Assembly: GCA_047967505.1 (NCBI GenBank)
Contig: CM106538.1
Source of the DNA: Dipteris shenzhenensis
Lineage: Eukaryota
Reading direction: 5' to 3' (one strand)
DNA: 64,000 nt
Shown here: positions 39,852-51,818 of the stretch, in pieces
Numbering within the stretch: the stretch's first letter is position 1
How the letters are laid out: each line of letters opens with the position of its first letter
The notes under the pieces: model-generated
Databases searched by the model: none
Told to the model about the DNA's origin: nothing
The model's input: only the letters and a program-made list of their open reading frames with translations
Translations under genes and position numbers: made by a program

Positions 39852-42800
39852 ATGGCATCTTTTTTTAGGATTCAAGTGATTGACTATGATAGTAAGGAGG
39901 AATTAGGTGTTGTTAGGGTGACAAGAGACACAGGTCATCCCACATTCTCTCATGTTTGTGAACAAATTGAAGGTGATGAGCTTCTATTGGAACCCTTTGA
40001 GTTTGTTCAGGACGAATATATAATAACCAAACGGCAAGAGGAACGATGGACAATCAATGATCAACTCTTAGTGCACATCAAGAGAAGTCTATGCCGCATA
40101 GAGGAAACTCCTTATCCATGCAAAAGACATTGCACTCAACTAGCTAATGACATAAATCTTGATGCCCAAGTGCACATGTCTTCAAAGCTTTCTAGTAGAT
40201 TACTAAGCCCAACTATTCTTGAATGTTGGCAACGTGAATCTGATAGAGTTAGATCAAAGCTAAAGGAAATGGTAGTGTCAAGGGATGATAAGTTTGAGTT
40301 GCATTCTGAGGACTTCAATGGGGTGCCCCATGTGCGAATTTGGTGTCATGAGTGTAATGAACTTTATGGTAAAGGATTGATAGAAGGCAAGCATGCAACA
40401 TACAATTGCTTCTCTAACTTCATGAGATTTCACATATTGGAAAGTAAAAAGCATGAGCTCAAGTATATGGTTGCTCGAGGACTACGAAAAGAAGATATGC
40501 CCAAAGTAGTGCATCAACCGACAAAGGATGACAAAAGAGAGATAGAAGATGCGATAGAGAAGATGAAATCTTTTATGTCCACAAATGAAGGTATTATTTG
40601 TTCCTTTATTCCTCAATCAGTATTTGCCATCTTCTTACATTAAGTCTCTTACTCATCTCCTATCGTTTCAATAGGTTGGGATTTTGAGGTTGTTGAAGCT
40701 ACAATACATGATTTTAAGGACAAAAGCTTGGTGAAGGTGCGATGCAAATATGATGATGCATGGTTGCGTTTATGTCCTCCAAGATCAGATTTGTACACGG
40801 TTCTCAATGAACACACAAAGTCAAACTCTCATATCAAGTCGCTCATGAGAAAAGATGAAAATCCAAAGGTAGCACTCACTGGCTTGCGAGGGCGTCCTCG
40901 AAAGGATAAGGATCATGATCCAAAGCAAAGATCTCTTAGCAACTTTTTGGTTTCAACAAAAACTAGAAGCCCAAGTACGAGTGCTTTCTCTGTTGATTCA
41001 AGTTTTAATAGAGAAAATGAATCTTCTTTTGTAAATTTTGACTTGCTATGTTGGGGCCTTTGGAGCCATGAGGTCAAAGTAGGTAACAAGTATGTCAAGG
41101 TAAAGCCTTTCTTAGATGATCAATGTGGTGGGAAGTATTGGTTTATAGAGCGTCATGTTAAGGCGACATTAAATAATGGATGTACTGATATTCATGTGGA
41201 TGGATGCTTTCGTCACATAAGTTGTATACGCATTTCACAAGATGGGCAACCATTTAAAGACTTTACATGCCACCATTGCAAGGGGATAGTTAAACTTGCT
41301 GACTTTAGAATGAGATTGTATAGAGAAGAGAAGGTTGAGAATAAGAGAGGAGATAGGGGTACCGGTTGTGGCAGAAGGCTAGATTATCTTACAAAGAGTG
41401 AGCTTAGAAATGCAACTCTTTTTGCTAAAAGACGAGTAAGAGACCTTTCTAAGCAACTATGGTGGACAAAGTCTCAGGTTGCCATTGTTTCAGTAAGAGT
41501 CCGCACTTTAAGAGAAGCTAGCATAGAGTCTCTCAATCGAAAGGATGTAAAACGATTTTGCAACAACATAATCGAAGCCCATAGATTGGAAAAGTTTGGT
41601 GGTAAAGTTGCCTTATGGGACTCTCTACAAGATGTTGCCACAAACATAATCAAGTCAAGTGCTGGACAAAGATATAGTGAGAACACAAAGGCAATATTTG
41701 AGGTTGCAAGGATGTGGGGAGGTCTAAGGTTACATGACTTCTTGAGTTCCAACCTCAATGGACCTTCTTTATCAATGACAAAGCGAGGGCAAAGACTTGC
41801 TACCTACTCAGTTTGTACCTGGTATACATGGATATCTTTTTGATGCAATCACTGAAATTTATGAAAAAGAAAAAGAAAAGCATGGAATCATGTCAAGGAT
41901 TCCCTTCATCATAGTGGAAGATGAAACTGCAATAAAGAAGCGGATAAGGTAACCTCCTTTTTCTCTAAATTATTTTCATAATCTAAATCTTGTTTTTGAA
42001 TGCAAGAGGATTGAATATATGATCTTACAGACTTGTGCTTATTATTGCTTGTAGGTGGAATCCAAAGGATGACATGCTTGTGGGTTTTGATGGATATAAA
42101 GTAGATGATCATGAGTGCATGACCACATGCATGATCAAAGTGGGAGAAGGACAAAAAGGATATGATCAGATTATTGATGCATTTCAAAATTGTGTCATTG
42201 GTGGACGTGCAAGAGTTTTTCTTGCCAATCCATTGCATGATGCACTCCCACGCTTGGTTCTTGCACTTCATTGCACTTGCGGCCGATTTGATGCAAGTTT
42301 TGTCCGCAAGCAATGGGATGCTATTTTAAACTTATGGAATGAGAAGCTAAAGACCACGGTTGGTCCAATTATTGGACATGCATCTAATGGTGATAGTCGA
42401 TGAAGAACATTGATGATCTCCGATTATCTAGATAAAAGAGGTAGTAGATCTGGGATAAAATGGGATGGATGGCCTCTCTCAGCAAAAGTTTTGGAAAATC
42501 AAGTTTTTGGGCTACATGATCAAGATTTTGTACATAATGGAAAAAAGTTAGTCAATGTTCTTGACAAGCCTAAGCGTCAATTGGCTATTGGCAATGTTTG
42601 GATCACCTTAAATCATGTCATTATTGTGTATGATGCTTTTTCTATCGACAAGCATATGCTAAGGGAGGGAGATATTAGGCGAGATGACCGCCAAAATTGG
42701 GCTGGAGCTCAAAGAATATGCAGTAAACAAGTGCAATGGTGCTTGGGAGAATTGGCAAACAATGGAATTCATAGAAAAGAGAGGAGCATGCTAGGAACAC

Positions 42801-44098
42801 AAGCTTATCTTGAAATTGCTGGGGATTACATTGACATCTTCTTATCTCCACATTTGAATCTTGTGGATCGAGTCTATCTTGCGGGAAAAGTCTCTTTTTT
42901 CTTTCAAATTTGGAGGTCTTGGATTGTTCATCATGCCAACTATACGTTGAATAGAAACTTCATAACTAAGGAAGCTTTCTTAGATGTGCAACTCTCATGC
43001 CATTTTGTGGTCCTACTGATCAAGTACTTTAGAGAATTTTGTCTAGGCCTATGGTGTCCTTTACATCTTACAGGTTCAGATGCAGTTGAAATCTTCTTCA
43101 GCAAGATTGGAAGCATGGTGGGACAAGAACGCGCTTATGACTTGATGGATATGCTACATAGTGCAGGTAGTATGAATAGGGAACATGTATGGAGAGAATT
43201 GAATCTCAAACAGAACATGCGAGAAGCTAATCTAGGGGACTATGAGTGTGTGTCAACTGATGATAAAATCATTGAAGCATTGAAGAAGGGACTAAAAAGT
43301 GCTCAAGAAAGGTGTGAAAGTTTGCATATGAAGCCAAAGGGTGAGAATATGAAGTGGTGGATGGAACCTTGGTCAAATGGATTCGCAGATGCATATTCAC
43401 AAGAATCTGATTCTGAAGAAGAAGACGAATGTCAAGCAGATCATGTGTCAGAAATAGATGATAATGACAACGATGCCTCCATAAGTGAAATCAGACATGT
43501 GGTGGATTCTCTCCTAGATGAACAAGAAGCAGTGAGCCCAGTTGTTACCATTGATGGTAAAACTCTCTTCAAGTCCACATTGGTAAGCCAACTTAATGGA
43601 AATCCCACACTCTCTAAAGATAGACTCACAAGGGTTTGCCAAGGAGTATACTACTCTAAGGAAGATATACCTCTTGCTACATCAAATGAGAACCTATTTG
43701 GAATAGGTTCCGATTGTGCCGTATTCTTTCATGAAGAACACAAAACAAGGAAAAGCAAAAGGAAATGCAATCCAAGATCTTTGCAAAAAAAGAAAACATA
43801 AGCTATATGGTACCTTGGACGAGTTCAAAAAATGAGGAGAAAGGTTGGTGGGGGGTATGTGGAATATAAAAGAGGGTTCAACCTTTCAAATAGACCTTTT
43901 GGAGTAGAAGTCCAGCTTGGGTGGTATCAAAAGGCAAAAGGTTCAAGATGCTTCACATATGACCTTACAGACCTTGACATGATAAATATTGAGAGTGTAA
44001 TTGCATTGGCAAACCTCACCTATGAGTGTAATAGCAATAAGTATACTTTAGATGAGAATGATTGGAATGTATTCAATGACTTTGTAAAGGGGCATTAA
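39852..44098 (+). pseudogene. P-element-like DDE transposase, three coding exons, roughly 1350-1400 aa when repaired
   Basis: Frame-preserving GT-AG introns 40591-40674 and 41949-42054. Motifs IIVEDETAIKK (D1), GHAS[N/D]GD (D2), DQDFVHNGKK (DxxH), DRQNW, TGSDAVEIFFSKIG (E). 4-bp duplication at about 41801-41808; stops at 42401 and 43799. Confidence 0.82.
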
Positions 44099-44586
44099 AC
44101 GCACTTGGTAGGGGCTTCTTTGTTATCTTTCTAATATGATAAAAGCTTTATTACGATTATTACTATGCGCTGAGTTTAGTTTGATTTCTCTTGATGGATT
44201 TTAAATTATTTTTTTGCAGGACCTTGAATCACAGAAGTGGATGATTTGCAACCGCCTGGGTACTTTTGTTTATATGAATGCCATCAAGCAAGTTTAAAAA
44301 TGCTATTTTGGCATCGGGTACAACAAGATGTTGTGTGAATGTAGCCTCTATGGTTTTAATACCATGGTTTGATATGACTTAGTGGATGTTTGTATTTAGC
44401 AAGAAGTAAATATTATATATCGTCATTGAATGCTTTGTAAAATTGGCTAATCTATCATCCCTTCTCCTAGCTAAAACACCACAGAGGGGATACTAGGAAA
44501 TACTACAAATAGGTTACATAGGGATTTAGAAAAGAACCCTTGCACGCACGTGATATAGACATATTACACTAAGTGACCCCCTCGAG

Positions 44587-46066
44587 TCTCAATCTGCCTG
44601 TCCATGGCAAAGTATGTGAACCAGTGCTAGAGGACACTCCAGGTCCACTAATATTTTGTGATTGCTGCTGTGAATTCTGTGTAGCATTACCATTTTGTGC
44701 ATCTACATCAATCATCACATTTACTGGTTTATACCAGCTGCTCATCTCATAAAAAACATCTCTACTTACTGTAAACTTACGTGTAGAAGGGTTATAGCAT
44801 CTATACCCTTTTTGTTGCAGAGAATAACCAATAAAGATGCACTTCTCAGCTTTTGGATCCAACTTGGACCTCAACTCATCTGGCACATGGACATAGGCAA
44901 TGCAATCAAAAATTTTCAAATGAGAAATATCTGGTTTCCTACCAGTATACATCTCCTCTGGCATCATGCCATGTATTGTTGCAGTGGGAGTCCTGTTCAT
45001 TATATAAACTACTGTAGCAACTGCTTCAGCCCAATAATAATCTGGTAGATCTTTTTCATTTAGCATAGCCCGAGATACCTCTCCAATATGCCTATTTTTC
45101 CTTTCTGCAATTCCATTTTGCTGTGGGGTATGACTGCATGAATATTGCTGCTTTATACCATGCTCCTGCAAGAACCTTGCAAACTCATTTGAGAGGTACT
45201 CTCCCCCTCCATCTGACCTTAGGCATTTTATTTGTAGGCTTGTTTCTTTTTCAACCATAGCTTTAAAAGCTTTGAAGTGCCCAAACACTTCACTTTTCTT
45301 TTTCATAAAATACACCCAAAGTTTTCTGCTGAAGTCATCAATAAATGTAACAAAATAGTGACAGCCACCAATAGATGCAGCTTTAGTAGTCCACACATCA
45401 GAGTGGATTAATTCCAATGACTTTTTACTCTCTTGAACATGCCTAGGAAAAGGTTTCCTTGCCTGTTTCCCAAATTGACAGGCTTCACAAACCTTGTGCA
45501 TTTCTGCAACCTTGAATTTAGGCAATCCTGCAACAATATTTTGGGCTTGCATTGATTTAAGTCACTGTATATTAACATGACCAATGTGTTTGTGCCAGAT
45601 ATCAATATCTGCAACTACACCGTGCAAACATTGCTGCACTCAATTCAGGCATGTCCGCATCTAACGTAAACATCTTGCCCGTCTTCTTTCCTTTTGCTAT
45701 CAAGCGACCATTATTTTTCATATCCTCACCAAAGCATCCATGAGGATTAAATCTGACCTGCAAGCCCTGCTCAACCATCTGACCAACAGAAACCAGGTTC
45801 TTGGTGATGTTCGGGACATGAAATACATCAGACAAGTATTTCTTTTTCCCATCCTGCATAGACAAAGGAATTTTGCCAATCTGCACAATAGGATGTGCAG
45901 TATCATCACTAGTCTCCACAAATCCTGGTTTTTCCATTTTCCTTGCATCCTGCATCCATTCAGCATGACCTATCATGTGGTTTGACGCACCTGAGTCAAC
46001 ACACCACACATCATTGCTTTCTTCTGCACTTGTCACAGAATTTGTCATATGCTGCACCATAAACAA
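44587..46066 (-). pseudogene. pol: Copia-1 protease and integrase
   Basis: WCVDSGASNHM; CEACQFGKQ; HSDVW; RSDGGGEY; TPQQNGIAERKNR; SKLDPKA. Confidence 0.95.
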
Positions 46067-46977
46067 ATGCTCATTTCTTTTCCATTCATAATGTCATTCT
46101 GCTTTTTGTAGCAGTCTTTAGCCATATGCCCCATTTTACCACAGTAGTAGCATTCAACATTGTTGTTTGCATTTTGGCCTCTCTGCCATCCACCATGACC
46201 TCTTTGGCTCCCCCTGCCTCTAGAGTTACCACGTCCTCCTGCATAGGACTGGTTTTCTTGCATTTGCTGCATATTTTGATTTCTACCACGGCCTCCAGAT
46301 CGGCCTCCTCTACCTCTGCCTCTACCCCTTCCAGCATTTGAGTAGAAGACAGTTTCTTTTGAGGTTCCTCCTGAAGAAGATGCACCACCATTTCTCTGCT
46401 CTTCAGAAATTAGAAGAGCAATCAACTCCTCAAAATCAGGAAATTTTTCACGAACGGCAATGGATGTCCGGAACTGTGCATAATCCTTTCCTAGACCATT
46501 CAAGGTCACAGAAACTAAATCATCATCATCCACTGGCGACCCAATGGAAGCAAGTGCATCCGCAATTTTCTTCACCTTCATGTGGTAGTCATTGATGCTC
46601 ATATTTTCTCTCTGCACATTGTGCAACTCCTGCTTGAGCTGCATTTTCCTGGCCTGCGTATTTGTGCTGTACATTTTAGCCAAAGTATACCATGCCACCT
46701 TTGGCATACTTGCATCCTGAATATGCACAATCATTGAATCTGAAATACTGATAGACAACCAGTACATAACTTTTCTGGCTCTCTCATGCCATCCTTTAAA
46801 TGCCTGCATTTCCTGTTGATTGGGAACATTAGGAAGAACTGGTTCTTCTTCATTTCCTGTAATGAACTCCCAGTAGCCTTTTCCCATCAAGAAATTTGTC
46901 ATTCTAAACTTCCATGCCTGGAAGTTGTTCTTGTAAAGCTTTTCAGTGACAATCTGTGAAAGGGAATCAGATGCCAT
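46045..46977 (-). pseudogene. gag: Copia-1 gag
   Basis: KL.KNNFQAWKFRM..FLMGKGYW N-terminus, UBN2-like core, RGG-rich linker, CYYCGKMGHMAKDC knuckle; frameshift near the 3' end. Confidence 0.93.
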
Positions 46978-47929
46978 TATAGAACACTACAAAATATTCT
47001 ATCACTGCAAAAACACAGCTTTTGCCTCACACGGGCAGATCTGCAAAACTGACGAAGGTGGTATTTTACCACACAGTCACTTCCTAGTGACGATTTTGCA
47101 TCAACAGGCAACAAGCATGAATCTGCAACTCCCAAAATCTCTGCACACAGGCATATGATGCAATTTCTGCGGCAACTTTTCACCGACTAGCCGAGCAGTG
47201 GTCGCACAGCAAAAGCAGGGCCTTTTTCTGAGTGCCTGTGGAGAACTTCCGCCTCCAAAACGGGCCCCAAAATGACCTCGAATCCAAAAAATAAAGTCAC
47301 CGAGGGCTTCGCCTTTTCCCGCAGCATATAATGCCCTCTTGCCACACCGCGAAGGGTGTCTCAATCTGAGACAGTGCACTCTTGCACTTCCGGCTGTGCT
47401 ACCTGCAGAGATTTGCTCCCAAACTCGAAATAGGAAAGCAACACTGGTCCTCTTACCAGGACACTGCGAACTTGGTTTGCTTTCTTGAGCTCCTTACCAC
47501 GAACAAGGCTCTGATGCCATGTGAAGATAGTGGGAGAGAGGGAAGGAGTCTCACTTGCGGCTTTCTCACATGCACAATGGGGGAATACACACAAAGGTGG
47601 AGGCTGAAAACAGTTTTCCTCTTCTTAGTTGTGAAAGCCAAAAAAAACTCTAGTACAAAGAAATAGAAGAACCCTATATGTGGGTCTCAAACCAAACTCA
47701 ACTAACTAAGGTGGCATACTAACTGAGCCACAAACTAGAGTAGATAAGGATAGCTGTCATCCAGCTATTATTCGTGGGCGGTGTACCAACTGCATCTCCA
47801 GCTAACAAGTCGGTGACATAAATACACAACGGTCACCCTGGCATATCGCAAGTGGAGCTCGATATCTCAACACTTTTACTATGCTCTAATCAAGGAGAAG
47901 CTCAAATTGAGGAGAAGCCTAAATCAAGG

Positions 47930-49579
47930 GATGTAAAGTGTTGCATGCTCAAGGAATCCAGAAAAGGGGAAGCCTTTGATAGATCCACATCAGCGTTCGA
48001 AGAGGAAGAAGTGGAGAGGGTGTTGATTTAGCAAGAGGGGATCGTGGAGGATGGGGAAGAAGGAGATGGCAAGGAAGATGGAAGAGGATTAGGAGGGGAT
48101 CTCAAAAGCGGCAGCCCATTAAAGGGCCATTAAATTTTGGCAGCAAGATTTAGCAAGATTTAGCAAGATTAAGATAAGATTGCATGAGCGATCACCTTCA
48201 TAGCTTGTAGAGAGCTTGTAAGCATGTTATTCATATATCATTTTATTCCATATTTCAAGAATATTCTCACAATATTGCACAACCTAGACATCATGGTTGG
48301 ATTGATTTTGCCATTGCATCCTCGACAATTCTTCCCCTATGGTTGATAGTGAATGGGAGAGGACTTGTGAGAACGTTCTAAAACAAGATGGCCTCATGGT
48401 TGAATTTTATAAGGGATTTTGGCATGTCATTTAGGATGTCTTGGTTAGTATGCTTAATTTTATCTGTTACAATGGTGTTCTATTACAAGGCATGACTAAT
48501 GATTTGAGTTAGTAGACAGAGCTGTGATGCCCATCAAGGAGGCATCAAGGCTCCAACTGAGGCAACAATGAGCCTTACAACAGTGGCTACCTCTCTAGCC
48601 AAGAGCAGATCAAGTTCCCTCTCATTGCTCTATGCTAGCACGAGACACACTACAAAAGAGGAGGAAAGGGAGGAGCGAGTAGGGCAGGGTGAGACAAAGG
48701 TCTCTTGTAGAGCAATGGATGCTAGGGCCTAGCCAAAGAAATGAAACTTCATGACTGATGATGCCAAATAGATTCTGAACACAAGAGTCGCATTGTCATT
48801 GGTGTAGAGACAATAGAGAGAAGAGGATGGAGATGTAGGCATTTAGCAAATATAGATTTCACCCATTAAGATTCATAGCTTGTAATGGGTGGAATCTATG
48901 TCAAGAATTAAAAATCTTGACAAGGCAATAGCAGATTGATGGCCAAAAGTACAGTGGACCAATGCATATTTTCCATAGTTTCCATGCACACTAAATATTT
49001 GTGAGAATTATTTTTCCCTTTCATAGGCATATAACCATGGTGGATGCCCCTTGGCCTCCTTTTCCCCACTCTCTCCTAGTCCTTCTAGCAACACCTTGTG
49101 CCTCCCCTTACCTCATGGAAATAGTAGCCCTCCTCGTGAGCATTTTCTCTTTTCCCTACACTGACCTGTGCTCATCCATTGCTTCAACTCACCTAGCCAT
49201 GTGGTTGCCCTACTATCCACCAAGATTCCTAGCTATGGTGAAAGGGAGGTGGCTCAACGGGTTTCCTTGTGCCCCCCTCAACCCTGTGTACATTAGGTTA
49301 GCTACTTAGACTTGTTAAATTATGCTAGGTTTCATTATTACTATACATTGTTTTAATCAGAATAGCTTATGTTAGCTTCTGTTAAGCAGAAGTGCCAATA
49401 CCTTAATGCCAATTTATGAAATTTAATGTGGATTGGTTTTATGCATGTGAATTTTCTACTTAGAAAATGAAAAATATATGTGCTTGAATCACTCTCATAT
49501 CAGCTACATTACAAGAGTTACAAATTCTCAACAAAACGCTCACAAAATGGTGCTTATTATGTCCGAGATACACTATGCA
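47930..49579 (-). repeat. Segment A': inverted copy of 25063-25391 joined to 32852-34138 (Copia-2 empty site)
   Basis: Reverse-complement similarity throughout, with a single CCACC where P-1 has CCACC-Copia-2-CCACC. Confidence 0.9.
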
Positions 49580-51198
49580 CCATGATGTCCTTCCCCCATG
49601 CATCCATCAAGATGCCTCCTATCTGAGTGATGTCATAGAATATCGTACCATCACCCGGAGGCACGTCTAAATCATCTGAATCATCATCGTCCCTCCCACC
49701 ACCCCTCCCAAAGCACTGTGCCATGCATCCCCCACCGCTCTCCCTGCTACTATGCCTGCTATCATGTCGTGTTGAGCTAGTACACTAGCCACTCATAGTT
49801 GGAGATTGCACGGGACTACGTGGACCAGTCGTAGCTGGAGAATGGATGCACAGGAGTACGCCGACGGCTCTGCGAGACAGAAGGACCTCCTGATGGCATG
49901 GGGGAAGGGGCATAAGACGGCATGGCGGAAGGGGCATAAGATATTAGTGTTGAACCATTACACCTAGATGACACGTTCCTACCTCTTAATCCTTGGTTCC
50001 TTACATAGGTCGCGCATGGACCATGCTTTTGTTACATGACTACTGATTAGTTGCTCGAGATCTTGTAAAAGCTTGTTTTACTAGACAAGTAGCTTGGCCA
50101 TGGTAGTCTTAGGTAGCTACCATAACTCATGCAAGAATCAACATGTTGTGCTATCACTTAGCACTCTCCTCCACAAAATTATTGAAGTCTTGGATGGCCT
50201 TGTCATAGATAGAGATAATCGGTTAGATGGGCTCCAAAATGTCCTTGTCCATGGAGGGTGGAGTAAACACGTCATCTCCTCTCGGACCCCAGTTATTTCC
50301 GATAAACCTTGTAGTGGATTGGTATCTCCTCCCTACTTGGAACATGCCACAAAACTTCTGTTGTACTTAGAGCATGTCACAAACTTTCGTTGCAGCTATG
50401 GTAATCGCAAGACCTTCATATGACAAAATGGGCTCGGCATCTACAATCTGCTTGGTCTGCACCTTATTATCTACGAACTCAACCAAAACTCAGATCTGCA
50501 TTATTATATCAAACTGCAGTCCATTTGTACTACCCCCTTGGTATGGGTCTCCTTACTAGAATGTAAGAATAATAGTGTTTGGGCCATGATTCCTTCTGGT
50601 CCCTTCGCCTGTGAAATCCCTCCCTTGGTCAAAGAACATGGGTTCAAGGTTCCTGCTTCCTCTTTTGAGTGAACTATTGGTGGCCACCCGTCAAACCATC
50701 GGCTCCATCATGATTTGGCAGTTGTCTGTGAGGTAGTTTACCAGGGTGTTTATTGGGCACTTGAAGGAGGTGGATGAGTTGCTAGAGTTGTTGGTACCTC
50801 TCCAGTTGTGCAAGAGTTGTGCATTCTCCTCCTATAGTTTTTCCCCTTCTGTAACTTCTAGCTCAAGTTTGCATCTCTTGCTCTAGCACCTCAATCAAAT
50901 TATATTGCTTATGTAGTTTATTAGGAGGTTGTTTCTTTGTACTAACCCCTCCGCAAATTGTGTATATATTGCAGCTTGATATCGTGGGCAGATTCCCTAC
51001 TCCTGTCGAGACAGCCTACCACTGCCACCATCATAGAGGAGATACATGGAAGCACTTCTATCATGACGGGTTGATTACTGAGGAGCAGTATATCCAGGCT
51101 ACTGGAGCGGCCCCCGAGGTATTTGAAAGTAATTAAATAATGTCAATATTATAAGTAAAGATTTGATTTTTCATACATTGATATATGTTGTCCCTTCT

Positions 51199-51323
51199 AT
51201 ATATTTGTGGAAAAACAAAATAGAATGACATTGGCCGAGATGAATAATCGACTAGCAAGATTTAACACTCAATCCCATGCCTGTTTGTGGCCTGCAGTTG
51301 AGATGATGCCTCAGTTTTATTAA
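51199..51323 (+). pseudogene. 3' tail of the kinase gene in P-2
   Basis: FVEKQNRMTLAEMNNRLARFNTQSHACLWPAVEMMPQFY* matches the end of the 38626-39357 ORF. Confidence 0.88.
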
Positions 51324-51818
51324 TTCGATTTTATTATAAAGCTACTCTTGGACAATTATGTTTATAAACTATAATGTTACTCTTTCAATGCATTTTGAAT
51401 AATAGTATATGCATCTATACTATTTCAATTTAATAAAGTATTATAAAATATATTTTTAAAAAAATCTCAAATTTTTATCTTCGTGCTGTAACTTCTTGCA
51501 TTTTGCATGCTAGTATATGTGTTTATAGTATTTGAATTTAATAAAGTGTGAAGTGTCTTAGAATGTATTTTTATTTTTTTTCAAAATTTTATATTTGTGT
51601 ATTAGAATTGTGTATTAATTTGGGAAGAGTTTGTGTTTATTATGGTTAAACTCAAACCCATGAGTCATGCATACAAACTTTTATTATAATGATTAAATTT
51701 AAACTCACCAATCATGCACAAATTGGCATTCTAAATTTTGCAGGTCATGCACACACAGGTGGAGGGGGGGTTATAATTAAGGTTCTCATTTTATTTTAAA
51801 GTACATCGGTCTCCTATC

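Larger units (their letters stand above)
23028..44586 (+). mobile_element. Large P-element-like DNA transposon (copy P-1) carrying a protein kinase gene
   Basis: Left end CTCAGGGGGGTCACT...TATCATGTGAGTTCAA; right end ...GCACGTGATA...AGTGACCCCCTCGAG. Exact 8-bp TSD TCTCAATC (23020-23027, 44587-44594). Removing it restores the Copia pol sequence that is intact in the paralog at about 59845-59890. Superfamily assignment is from transposase motifs. Confidence 0.9.
20811..47872 (-). mobile_element. Ty1/Copia retrotransposon Copia-1 (about 5.5 kb native), interrupted by the P-like element
   Basis: LTRs 20811-21157 and 47520-47872; TSD CTTTT at 20806-20810 and 47873-47877; PBS 47508-47519; PPT from 21158; gag-PR-IN-RT-RH order. 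Confidence 0.96.

Noticed and set aside
23028-44586. Classification of the large element as hAT because of the 8-bp TSD
   Set aside because: The ends lack the hAT YAGNG-type start, and the protein shows no BED finger, TRW motif or hAT dimerisation motif; the DxxHxxK and SDxxExFFS motifs fit a P-like enzyme better.
49580-51198. Unassigned DNA between segment A' and P-2, checked as a possible P-2 left arm
   Set aside because: No family terminus, no CATCCATA target copy and no similarity to the P-1 left arm seen by eye.
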